Shown here: piece by piece, positions 19,642 through 27,984 of the stretch | How positions within the stretch are numbered: position 1 is the stretch's first letter | Layout: each line of letters opens with the position of its first letter | The notes under the pieces: generated by a model | What the model was told of the DNA's origin: nothing | What the model saw: the letters and a program-made list of their open reading frames with translations, nothing else | Database searches by the model: none | Assembly (NCBI GenBank): GCA_016935235.1 | Contig: JAFGRJ010000024.1 | Coordinates: 1 to 48,559, forward strand | Length of the DNA stretch: 48,559 nt | From: Candidatus Cloacimonadota bacterium | GTDB lineage: Bacteria; Cloacimonadota; Cloacimonadia; Cloacimonadales; TCS61 | Direction of reading: 5' to 3' | Program-made: the position numbers and the translations under genes

Positions 19642-20841
19642 TCAATTTTCAGCTTCGGGTATATCGCGATGTTCGATCATGCGTTGTCTTTTGGAAAAAA
19701 TATCAAATCCTGAGATGCCCACATAGAAAAAGATACTCCTGTCACGCATGCCGTTATCGGTAAGATTACCGCGCACCATGTATTTGCCGGACAGGTCGAT
19801 CTGTTTTCCGGGTGATTTCAGGGGTATCGAAATACCAGCGGTCACCGCCTTCTCATAAATGTCATTACCGTTTTCTGTAAAAGGAAGTTCACGCCAGTAA
19901 GCACCCAGACGCAGGGGAATCTGCTCATACCATTCCCCGTATCCGCTGAGGGGATCGTAAGCAATTCCCCAGGAGTATTTAAAAGTGTCCTTTTCATAGG
20001 TATCTGTCTCAGACCATTTTTCATAATAAATATCGAAGGATGTTTTGTATTTTGACAGAAACCGCCAGGTCAATCCTCCCGAGAACTGGCTGGGTAACAT
20101 GAAGGTGTAATCATGTTCGATAATGTCTGTGTAAGGAGGATGATAATAATTGAATTCGATTTCTTCCTCCAGTTCGGAAGCCGTGGAATATGTCATTCCT
20201 ATCGCCAGATTACCAAATTTCTTATTCAAGCCAAAGGAGAATCCGGGATTTTTGAACTCACGATCCAATTCATATTTCACATCATTAAGGGTTGAACTGA
20301 CAAAATCTAATTCCCAGTAGCGGATACGATGCCCGATGTAGTAATTTGCCGCCAGTCCAATATTCATGATCCTGTTCTTGAAAGCATAAATAAGGTCCGC
20401 CTTATAGATGTTAGCGCTAATCTTATTGATTTCTTCATAAGCGTAACCATTCCAGAAATTTGTTCCCTGGTTTTCCAGGATACCGGAAGAGATGGTATTT
20501 ACACTGAAAGCGATTTTATGATTACCCAGTGGAACAGCAATCACGAAATAGGGGAAGTATAATCCGTCATCACGGTAGCTGTTGCTTGCGTTATCAAGAT
20601 ACCAGATATATCCCATTCCAATCCCGGTGGCAAATGTAACCTGGTTGGTCGATACTGCATTGGCAGGATTATAGTAATCCGTATTTATGCGGAACAGGTC
20701 TGAAATTCCAGTTTCTCCCATTCCCATACTGTAGACGTCGCAACCGTAGTAGCGGTAAGGCATCCCGGAAAATGAAAATATTGAATTGGCGGTCAGCGCG
20801 GTTGAGATTATCGCAAGGAAAAAAAGACTAAAATATTTCAT
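19642..20841 (-). CDS. Putative outer-membrane beta-barrel protein
   Basis: 399 aa with signal peptide MKYFSLFFLAIISTALTANS, alternating aromatic-rich beta-strand pattern and a C-terminal F-rich strand. The N-terminal GMGETG...NPA resembles FadL/PorV-like barrels. AGGAG RBS. Confidence 0.55.
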   Translation of the reverse strand: MKYFSLFFLAIISTALTANSIFSFSGMPYRYYGCDVYSMGMGETGISDLFRINTDYYNPANAVSTNQVTFATGIGMGYIWYLDNASNSYRDDGLYFPYFVIAVPLGNHKIAFSVNTISSGILENQGTNFWNGYAYEEINKISANIYKADLIYAFKNRIMNIGLAANYYIGHRIRYWELDFVSSTLNDVKYELDREFKNPGFSFGLNKKFGNLAIGMTYSTASELEEEIEFNYYHPPYTDIIEHDYTFMLPSQFSGGLTWRFLSKYKTSFDIYYEKWSETDTYEKDTFKYSWGIAYDPLSGYGEWYEQIPLRLGAYWRELPFTENGNDIYEKAVTAGISIPLKSPGKQIDLSGKYMVRGNLTDNGMRDRSIFFYVGISGFDIFSKRQRMIEHRDIPEAEN

Positions 20842-21341
20842 ATTACTCCTGTGAGATATTAAGATTCATATCAATTTCAACAAAAAAATTTTTTTATGAC
20901 TCTTTGTCAATTTTAAGTTGTAATTTAAAAGTATAGGTCTACAGGTCTTTACAATTGAGCTTTTCCTGATTCCAGGATAGAGTATCCGGGTCAGATTATC
21001 ATTTCAATATCCAGGATGGAATGATGTAGAACAGATTCCCCGTTTCATTATTCATTCCGAGAAGTTATCCGGTGACCACCAGGACAAGCTGGATTTTAGA
21101 ATTCCCATACAGAGAAATCCGTTATGCCAGCCTCTCCGGAAATCATATTTCCGCTAACGGAAGCAGCAAATCAGGATATTCTGTCGTTTGGTTGACATTA
21201 TTCTTTGAAGCAGACATTCCTGCTTAGGAAGCGCTGCCCGGCAGGCATAGAGAACAAGTTAAGGGGAAGATATCTGCAGTAAGAAGTATTTTATCCCGGA
21301 TTCATCATTGAAACAGGGAGTGATGAAGTAATGGGCGTTTG

Positions 21342-22730
21342 TCAATGGTCCAGTCTGTTTTTTTTCCATTCTCCCTGGCGGAATTTCCACAGGGAGGGCA
21401 GTGCCCTGGTAAAAGCACTGAGTGTTATTGCGATGGCTATGCCATTGAATCCTGCCTGGAACTGTATTGCCAGGAGATATCCTGCTATAATCACAAAAAA
21501 CAGGTCTGACAGACTGGCATAGATAAAAGGAGAAATGGGATCACCGCCACCCCGCAGCGCGCCCCCCAGGGCAAAAGCAAATGCCATTACAGGTTCACTT
21601 ATTGCTATAATGATGAAGAAGTTTTTTCCCATGGTAATCACCTCGGAATCAGTGGTAAAGAATTTCATGATAGCTGCGGGGAAGAGGAAAAATAATAAAG
21701 CCATGAATGTCATGATTACCAATGCCATGCCAGCAGCAACCCAACCGCTTTTTTCTGCCAGGTCTTGTTTTCTCCTGCCCATATTCTGACCCACTCTGAC
21801 AATGGAGGCAGACATAAAGGCAATGCCAATGAAGCTGGATATATTTCTTACCTGCATGCCAACACTGAAGGCAGATATAGCCCGGGTTGCATCTGGCAGG
21901 AGGGTGATTATTCGGATAATGATCAATCTGGACAGGTTGCGTACTATTCCCTGCAAAGATCTGGGGCCACCCAGGTATATTATTTTATGAAGCAGTTTAA
22001 AATCCCACAATGATCCATTTCGGAACTTTACCTTGATCGGTAATTTTGGTGTGGTTATTATCCAGATCCCCGCCAGGCTACCCAGGGCACGTGCCATAAC
22101 AGTACCCAGTGCTGCCCCGGAAACGCCCAGAGCCGGGAATGGCCCTATCCCAAAGATTAATAAATAATTAAACGGGATATTAAGCAAATTTACTCCCAGT
22201 AGTAGATATAAGGATATTTTTGTTTTTCCTACTCCCAGGAGAATAGCTGTTATCGCGAAGTTGAACATGGTAAAAATGCTTCCTGCCATAAGGAGACGCA
22301 GGTAGGAATTTCCCAGTTCTGTCACCTGGTCTTTAGCGCCCAGAATGACAAGAATGTTTCTGGAAAAGGCAATACCAATGGGAGTGACAATAAACAGAGC
22401 AGTGAGTAGCATGAAGAAAAGAGAACGAGTGGCAATTTGACTGACTTTACTGAAATCCCTGGCACCGTAGGCATGAGCGATAAGGACTGAGCTACCCCCG
22501 CTGATGGCAATCATCAATACCATCATGAACATGATAACCTGCCGGGATATTCCTACTGCTGCCAGAGGAGCTACACCCAGTACTCCAACCATCTTGAAAT
22601 CGATTATCCCAACCGTGACATTCAGTAGATTGGTTAATATAACCGGCCAGGCAATTGCCCAGACCTTTTTTATTTCTGGCACCAGTTCAGAATCGTCTGT
22701 GAGAGAATTTTTCCGCAAGAATGGAATCAC
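21342..22730 (-). CDS. MATE-family efflux transporter
   Basis: 462 aa with about 12 TM helices. The N-terminal IWAIAWPVILTNLLNVTVGIIDFKMVG is typical of the MATE family. GTG start. Confidence 0.85.
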   Translation of the reverse strand: MIPFLRKNSLTDDSELVPEIKKVWAIAWPVILTNLLNVTVGIIDFKMVGVLGVAPLAAVGISRQVIMFMMVLMIAISGGSSVLIAHAYGARDFSKVSQIATRSLFFMLLTALFIVTPIGIAFSRNILVILGAKDQVTELGNSYLRLLMAGSIFTMFNFAITAILLGVGKTKISLYLLLGVNLLNIPFNYLLIFGIGPFPALGVSGAALGTVMARALGSLAGIWIITTPKLPIKVKFRNGSLWDFKLLHKIIYLGGPRSLQGIVRNLSRLIIIRIITLLPDATRAISAFSVGMQVRNISSFIGIAFMSASIVRVGQNMGRRKQDLAEKSGWVAAGMALVIMTFMALLFFLFPAAIMKFFTTDSEVITMGKNFFIIIAISEPVMAFAFALGGALRGGGDPISPFIYASLSDLFFVIIAGYLLAIQFQAGFNGIAIAITLSAFTRALPSLWKFRQGEWKKNRLDH

Positions 22731-22935
22731 AAGATTTCCCCTGGCATTTCCCCAAGGATATTAACAGGGCGGTTTATGATATTCCATATCATCATAGCAG
22801 TTTACAGGGGAAAATATGGGTGTATTTGTAAAGAAAATTCTACTGCTGGTTAAGAGTGTTTCTATTACTATTCTTGTTCGGAGGTGGGCTCAACCCGAAA
22901 AAAAATTAGGTGTATTGATCATGCCGGTAATTTAT

Positions 22936-23616
22936 CTATTTAAGAAGGTAGGTCAGGTACCAGTTTTTTTCCCTTTTATTTTCATAATATCTAATTCTTT
23001 TTGCCCATCCTTTCAATAAGTGGAGAAGATCTTGTTGGGAAGGGTAATTTTTTACTATATCGAACTTGATCCCCTCAGGAAGAGTTCTTCTCTCAAGGTT
23101 ATTACCGGAATTGTCCTGAAAAACATATTCGGGTATGTAGGCATCGGGGAGCTGATCCGCAAATAATACCACTGCACCCGGGAGCAGTTTGCCATGAAAG
23201 ACTTCAAGGAAGTCTATAACCCGTTCCCTGGGTATATGGGACCACCACCATACAGCAAAGCCTGCTGAAAAATTGGCTGGTATAGCGGTCAAATGATAAG
23301 CGTCAGCTATCTGAAGATCAACATTTTGCCTTCCCTGCAGGCGCTGTGCAGCTAAACAAAGCATTTCCGGGTTGATATCGGTAGCCAGCACAGAGCTGGC
23401 GCTTCTGCTGGCGACATCAGTCCAGTATCCTGTACCACAGGCGATCTCCAGAACTTTTCGTCCCTTCAGGATAGCCTGGATTCTCTTCTTTGCTGGCAGA
23501 CGCAGTTTTTCAGCTATTTGGTCATCATAACCGGCAGTCTGGTCGTATACTCGAGCTCTAGTAGCGTAATATTCTTTTACCTGCCTGGAAAGTTCCCGGG
23601 AGTATTCAGATTCCAT
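22936..23616 (-). CDS. Class I SAM-dependent methyltransferase
   Basis: 226 aa with SAM motif I VLEIACGTGYWT. Confidence 0.8.
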   Translation of the reverse strand: MESEYSRELSRQVKEYYATRARVYDQTAGYDDQIAEKLRLPAKKRIQAILKGRKVLEIACGTGYWTDVASRSASSVLATDINPEMLCLAAQRLQGRQNVDLQIADAYHLTAIPANFSAGFAVWWWSHIPRERVIDFLEVFHGKLLPGAVVLFADQLPDAYIPEYVFQDNSGNNLERRTLPEGIKFDIVKNYPSQQDLLHLLKGWAKRIRYYENKREKNWYLTYLLK

Positions 23617-23675
23617 GTTTTAAAATGTAAGATAGATAAACGAACATAATGTAGAATAACAAATCAAGGCGGTTT

Positions 23676-24035
23676 TTATTTCCGGTGAAGTAACCAGTAA
23701 ATAATAAATATTACAGCAGGTATTGCAGGGAAGTCGATAAAAGGATTCAAGTCAAAAGCACCACCGGTTATTCTCATGCTTACATGAAAACCGATCAGAC
23801 CCAGCAGTGTTGTTATTGCACCTATACCTGACCATTTCCAGGAAATGATCAATCCAGCACAAACACAGAAGGGAAAGAAAAAAAAACTGATCCCGTCTCT
23901 CCAGGAAAAGTCCGCTTCTCCGGGAGGAAAAAGATAAGCCAGGAAGAATAACAGTATTAAAACCGTGTATACCAGTCCAACTATCCGGGCAAACCACAGG
24001 AACGCTAAAAGAATCTTGTTTCTTGGCTGCGACAT
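23676..24035 (-). CDS. Small integral membrane protein, function unknown
   Basis: 119 aa with about four hydrophobic helices. No recognisable motif. Confidence 0.5.
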   Translation of the reverse strand: MSQPRNKILLAFLWFARIVGLVYTVLILLFFLAYLFPPGEADFSWRDGISFFFFPFCVCAGLIISWKWSGIGAITTLLGLIGFHVSMRITGGAFDLNPFIDFPAIPAVIFIIYWLLHRK

Positions 24036-24135
24036 ATTGCAACTCCTTTTAAAGCTTTTTGAACATTTCCATGTTTCCCCATTCTGGCTATTTTAGCGAA
24101 TCGTTTTTTTCATTTCTATCTTTGTAACGGGCTTA

Positions 24136-24897
24136 TCAGGAGGTTACCTTAAAACCGCATTTTTGCAATTGTACCAGAAGCTTATGGGATGAGCGCAGCC
24201 ATTGACCCGCTTTGCGGGAAATATGCTCTGTCCAGCTATAATTATCAAAGTTATAAGCTTCTACTTTCTTGCCGGAAAGAGGAACCATGTAGTTATAGTA
24301 ACGATAGTAATCCTGAGCCAGATAGCCTTCATCCATTATTCTCATGGCTTCATCGATTTCTCCTTCGCCAAAAACCGGATAGGAATCCTCAAAAAGAGTA
24401 AAATCCAAAGGAAAGCGTGGGCGCACAGGCAGTTCTTCAGCGGGATAGCCAACTGTCAGTTGAACCAGTGGAAAAACACGGGAGGGCAGGTTATATCTTC
24501 TGACTATCTTTTCGGCCTGATAGGGAGTATTACCCAGGAAGCAACTGCCCAATCCCAGACTTGCTGCAGCGATAACCATGTTTTCTGCCATAAGAGAAGC
24601 GTCGATGATACCGAAAAAGAGTAGTGAAAGATCGTTCATGATCATTTTCCAGTTTCTGTGTTCCATAACCAATTCCAGCCGATGTGAATCCACGCAGAAA
24701 GTGAAAAGCAGGGGTGCGTTTTCGGGAATTTCTTCCCGGTTGCGTGTTAACAGTACACTGCAGAGTTGATAGGAAAAAGGCGCCTGCTGACCAGCCCGGA
24801 CAATTGTCTGGATCATATCATCTGAGGGCACTTTGTCTTTATATTTCCGCACTGACTTATGTTTGATCATGGTGTTGATAACGGGATTTACAATCAT
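24136..24897 (-). CDS. Nitroreductase-family (NfsA-like) flavin oxidoreductase
   Basis: 253 aa. The N-terminal HKSVRKYKDKVPSDDMIQTIVRAGQQAP and the LGLGSCFLG motif are typical of the family. Confidence 0.8.
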   Translation of the reverse strand: MIVNPVINTMIKHKSVRKYKDKVPSDDMIQTIVRAGQQAPFSYQLCSVLLTRNREEIPENAPLLFTFCVDSHRLELVMEHRNWKMIMNDLSLLFFGIIDASLMAENMVIAAASLGLGSCFLGNTPYQAEKIVRRYNLPSRVFPLVQLTVGYPAEELPVRPRFPLDFTLFEDSYPVFGEGEIDEAMRIMDEGYLAQDYYRYYNYMVPLSGKKVEAYNFDNYSWTEHISRKAGQWLRSSHKLLVQLQKCGFKVTS

Positions 24898-24987
24898 AAT
24901 GCTTTATCCTCCTCAAGTTCTGATATTCATAGAGAACAATTTAAGAGAATTTCTATTATAGTTTTTCCACCCGGGCAGAGATTCTCC

Positions 24988-26661
24988 TTAATTTTTCAAC
25001 CTTTCGAGGTTATCGATCAATTCCAGGGCTGATTCCAGAAAAACGTCTCTTCCAGTCAGGAATTGCTGGTAGTTCTCGACAACAGGATAATCTGGGTGAA
25101 TGGGTTCCCTTTTATCAAGGTTCTTCACTGCCGCGGCGAAGGTATCACGTCCAAAATATAGCATGATCCTGGTATTCTTCAGATGTATCTCGGTATTCTT
25201 ACCTGCATTACATTTATATGTAGAGCCACTATTCGTACCGATGAATTTTCCCAGCTGATGATATTTCAGGAGGGCGCAGAAATGCCCATTTGTGGAAAAA
25301 CAACGTCCATCTATCAGAGTAAAGAGGTTACCGGTGAAATGATTGTCAGCCAGGGGGACAGGATCTGCCAGTTCTTTGTATTTAGCGTAAGGCTGGGCAA
25401 AATAGGGAACAGGTTCCCGCTCCAGATAGGATAAGAGAGGAGCTGCACAGAAAGGGTCGCCACCGTCATTACCGCGCAGATCGAGGATCAGGTTCTCGAT
25501 ATTTTTTTCTTTCACAACCTGAAAGCAACTATCCAGAAAGGCTGTGAAATAAGGGACACGATCGTAGTAAATGAAGGTTTTTATCCTCATGATGGCAATG
25601 TTTCTTTCCGGTAATAGATCAAATTCCAGGCGAGGGTGATTAAAATTGGCAAAAACTTGTTCCCGGACTGCGCTCAGTTCAGCCGGATTAAGATAAGCAG
25701 TGCGGATAATACTTTCTGCGGGGAGCTGGTATTCAACTTTATACTGTGTGAAAAATCCAAAGCGACGGGCGTAAATCAGAGGAAACCTTCTCTCGATTTG
25801 AGTCAGGATGAAATTTTCATTAAATGCATCTGCTGAATAGTTGCTCTTCATTTCAGCAATGATATCGGTCACCGGAACATCGTTTATTTTCCTGATAATA
25901 CTGCCAAAGGGTAACTGCAGGGTATCAGCATAGGTATCTGCAACCACAACCAGATTTTCTATCAATCTGATCCGGAGGGGAAACAAAAGATCGCTTCCCT
26001 GATCCCAGAAATAATCAGGCATCCACACGGCAGTATGACCACAGCCGATCATTGCTGTTATCGGAGTTAGAATCTTGAAGAAATCAGATAGTCCCAGGGA
26101 TTTGTTAATCAAAGCGTATTGATGGATGAATAAGCTGTCAAAGGTCTCCTTGCTGGTGTATTCGTACAGACAGCAGTGCTCTTCTTCCAATTTTTTCCTG
26201 AACTGATTGAAATCTTCCCGCAGTTCTGCCGGGGAAAACTGATCCAGAGTAAGTTTATGATTAATTCTATTCGCAAGACCTTTCCAATTATCCCCGGCGA
26301 TGACAAATTCAGTGATTTCTTCATCTTCATTTCTACCGAAATTGACCCGGAAATACTCCTGACCATTGTAAGCAGTGAATTCAAGACTGCTCAGGTTCAC
26401 CGGCTTGAGAATTATGGGGTCACAACCCTTTTCCTTCCCCATCAGAATATCATAGTACAGGTATATTATGATCGGACTATAGCGTTCCCCGGAGTAAAAT
26501 TCGTAATTGCCACACAACTGGTTATAAATTTCCAGGGTATCCTGCCAGGTTTCTTCGGGAGCTGCCACAGAACAGAAAAGACAGTGAATAATGACAAATG
26601 TCAGCAGTTTTTTATGCAGAGAGTACCCTTTAACGCGGATCTTTTCCACAATACTTTTCAT
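24988..26661 (-). CDS. S41-family (tail-specific-protease-like) peptidase, secreted
   Basis: 557 aa with an N-terminal signal or anchor. LILDLRGNDGGD matches the S41 DLRxNxGG motif. Confidence 0.65.
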   Translation of the reverse strand: MKSIVEKIRVKGYSLHKKLLTFVIIHCLFCSVAAPEETWQDTLEIYNQLCGNYEFYSGERYSPIIIYLYYDILMGKEKGCDPIILKPVNLSSLEFTAYNGQEYFRVNFGRNEDEEITEFVIAGDNWKGLANRINHKLTLDQFSPAELREDFNQFRKKLEEEHCCLYEYTSKETFDSLFIHQYALINKSLGLSDFFKILTPITAMIGCGHTAVWMPDYFWDQGSDLLFPLRIRLIENLVVVADTYADTLQLPFGSIIRKINDVPVTDIIAEMKSNYSADAFNENFILTQIERRFPLIYARRFGFFTQYKVEYQLPAESIIRTAYLNPAELSAVREQVFANFNHPRLEFDLLPERNIAIMRIKTFIYYDRVPYFTAFLDSCFQVVKEKNIENLILDLRGNDGGDPFCAAPLLSYLEREPVPYFAQPYAKYKELADPVPLADNHFTGNLFTLIDGRCFSTNGHFCALLKYHQLGKFIGTNSGSTYKCNAGKNTEIHLKNTRIMLYFGRDTFAAAVKNLDKREPIHPDYPVVENYQQFLTGRDVFLESALELIDNLERLKN

Positions 26662-27114
26662 ATGCGATAAATTAAACCTTTTTTAAAATAAATCCGTCAA
26701 TGTTAAAATTAGATAACATTAATTTACTTAATATACTTACTATGATTGCCCTTATTCATGGTCCTGTTTACGGGATCTCTTCTTACAATCCTCTTTCTGG
26801 GAAAGGAAAGGGATGAAGGTAATAAGTATGACATGTTATTATGCATGTCAAAAGTTGTTGTATCAGGGGAATTTCAGCATTATAAAGCACTATCGGGGGG
26901 CAGGTGGAAATATCCTTTGTCCTTCCTTTATGAGAGAGGAAGAGGTATGGGGTCAGGGATGAGTATAGGGATTATCCTTCGGGAAAATTACACCGCAGGG
27001 ATCAACTCGTTTTTTTTACTTGCCATAAAAACAAAATAGCAAAATTTTGCATTTCAGTGTTGAGATGTGGCCAACTTGCTGTTCTGTAGTAACAGGAATG
27101 GCAGAGGAGAATTT

Positions 27115-27675
27115 ATGGCAACGACAGCTGATATCAGAAACGGGATGATAATTGAATTCAAGGATGGTCTCTACGAGATCGTGGAATTTCTGCATGTAAA
27201 ACCCGGGAAAGGAGCGGCGTTTGTCCGCACCAAATTGAAAAATATCCAGACTGGTAGAGTGATCGAAAATACCTTCCGTACCAGTGAGCGTTTAACCGAG
27301 GTACGGGTGGAAAAGCATAAGAAGGAATATCTCTATTTTGATGGTGAATTTTATGTATTCATGGACAGCAACACCTACGAACAGTTTCAGGTACCAGCGG
27401 AAATAGTTGGAAATTACAACAAGTTTCTGGTAGAGAACATGGAAGTAGCCATGAAAATGGATCCGGATGGCAATATTCTGGGTATTGAGCTTCCCACCAC
27501 CGTAACTCAGGAGATCATCGAATGCGAGCCCAATGTCAAAGGTAATTCAGCTTCTGTCAGTGGTAAACGGGCAAAGACTGATAAAGGGCTGGATATAGTC
27601 GTTCCTTTCTTTATTGAAGTAGGGGACAGGATAAGAATAGATACCCGTTCGGGTGAATACATAGAACGAAATTAG
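27115..27675 (+). CDS. efp: Translation elongation factor P
   Basis: I chose the ATG at 27115, preceded by GGAG. MATTADIRNGMIIEF...VKPGKGAAFVRTKLKN carries the conserved loop Lys. The track ORF starts earlier at a GTG. Confidence 0.95.
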   Translation: MATTADIRNGMIIEFKDGLYEIVEFLHVKPGKGAAFVRTKLKNIQTGRVIENTFRTSERLTEVRVEKHKKEYLYFDGEFYVFMDSNTYEQFQVPAEIVGNYNKFLVENMEVAMKMDPDGNILGIELPTTVTQEIIECEPNVKGNSASVSGKRAKTDKGLDIVVPFFIEVGDRIRIDTRSGEYIERN

Positions 27676-27698
27676 GTTTATACACCTAAGGAGGAAAC

Positions 27699-27905
27699 AT
27701 GGCAAAGACGAGATCATTCGCAGCAAAGCTGGCTCACGAAAGCAGTTTGGAAGGAAAGGTAATCTGTCCGAAATGCAATACAGAGGTCAAGAAAATCAAA
27801 CTGATCAGAACAAGAAAATCAAAGAAAGGAAGCTGGGCACCCAAGTATGATTTTGTGAGTTTCTGCAAGTGCAATGAGAAGGATATATTAGAAGGAAAAA
27901 TATAG
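27699..27905 (+). CDS. Basic zinc-ribbon miniprotein, function unknown
   Basis: 68 aa with a strong RBS (AAGGAGG). CPKC...CKC Cys pairs and a Lys/Arg-rich sequence. Lies 23 nt after efp and is followed by a terminator. Confidence 0.6.
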   Translation: MAKTRSFAAKLAHESSLEGKVICPKCNTEVKKIKLIRTRKSKKGSWAPKYDFVSFCKCNEKDILEGKI

Positions 27906-27934
27906 GAAGACTTTGTTCAAATCTTTCCGGAAAT

Positions 27935-27964
27935 CCCTCTTATCCTCACGGTAAGAGGGTTTTC
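27935..27964 (+). terminator. Rho-independent terminator after the efp / zinc-ribbon pair
   Basis: The stem CCCTCTTA (27935-27942) pairs with TAAGAGGG (27952-27959) across a 9-nt loop, followed by TTTT. Confidence 0.75.
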
Positions 27965-27984
27965 CGTATTCTTAAGGAGTTTTT

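Noticed and set aside
26746-27039. 97-aa ORF in the efp upstream spacer.
   Set aside because: It has a TTG start, no RBS and an odd composition (Gly/Met/Ser runs). It is treated as non-coding, and the spacer itself is reported as a finding.
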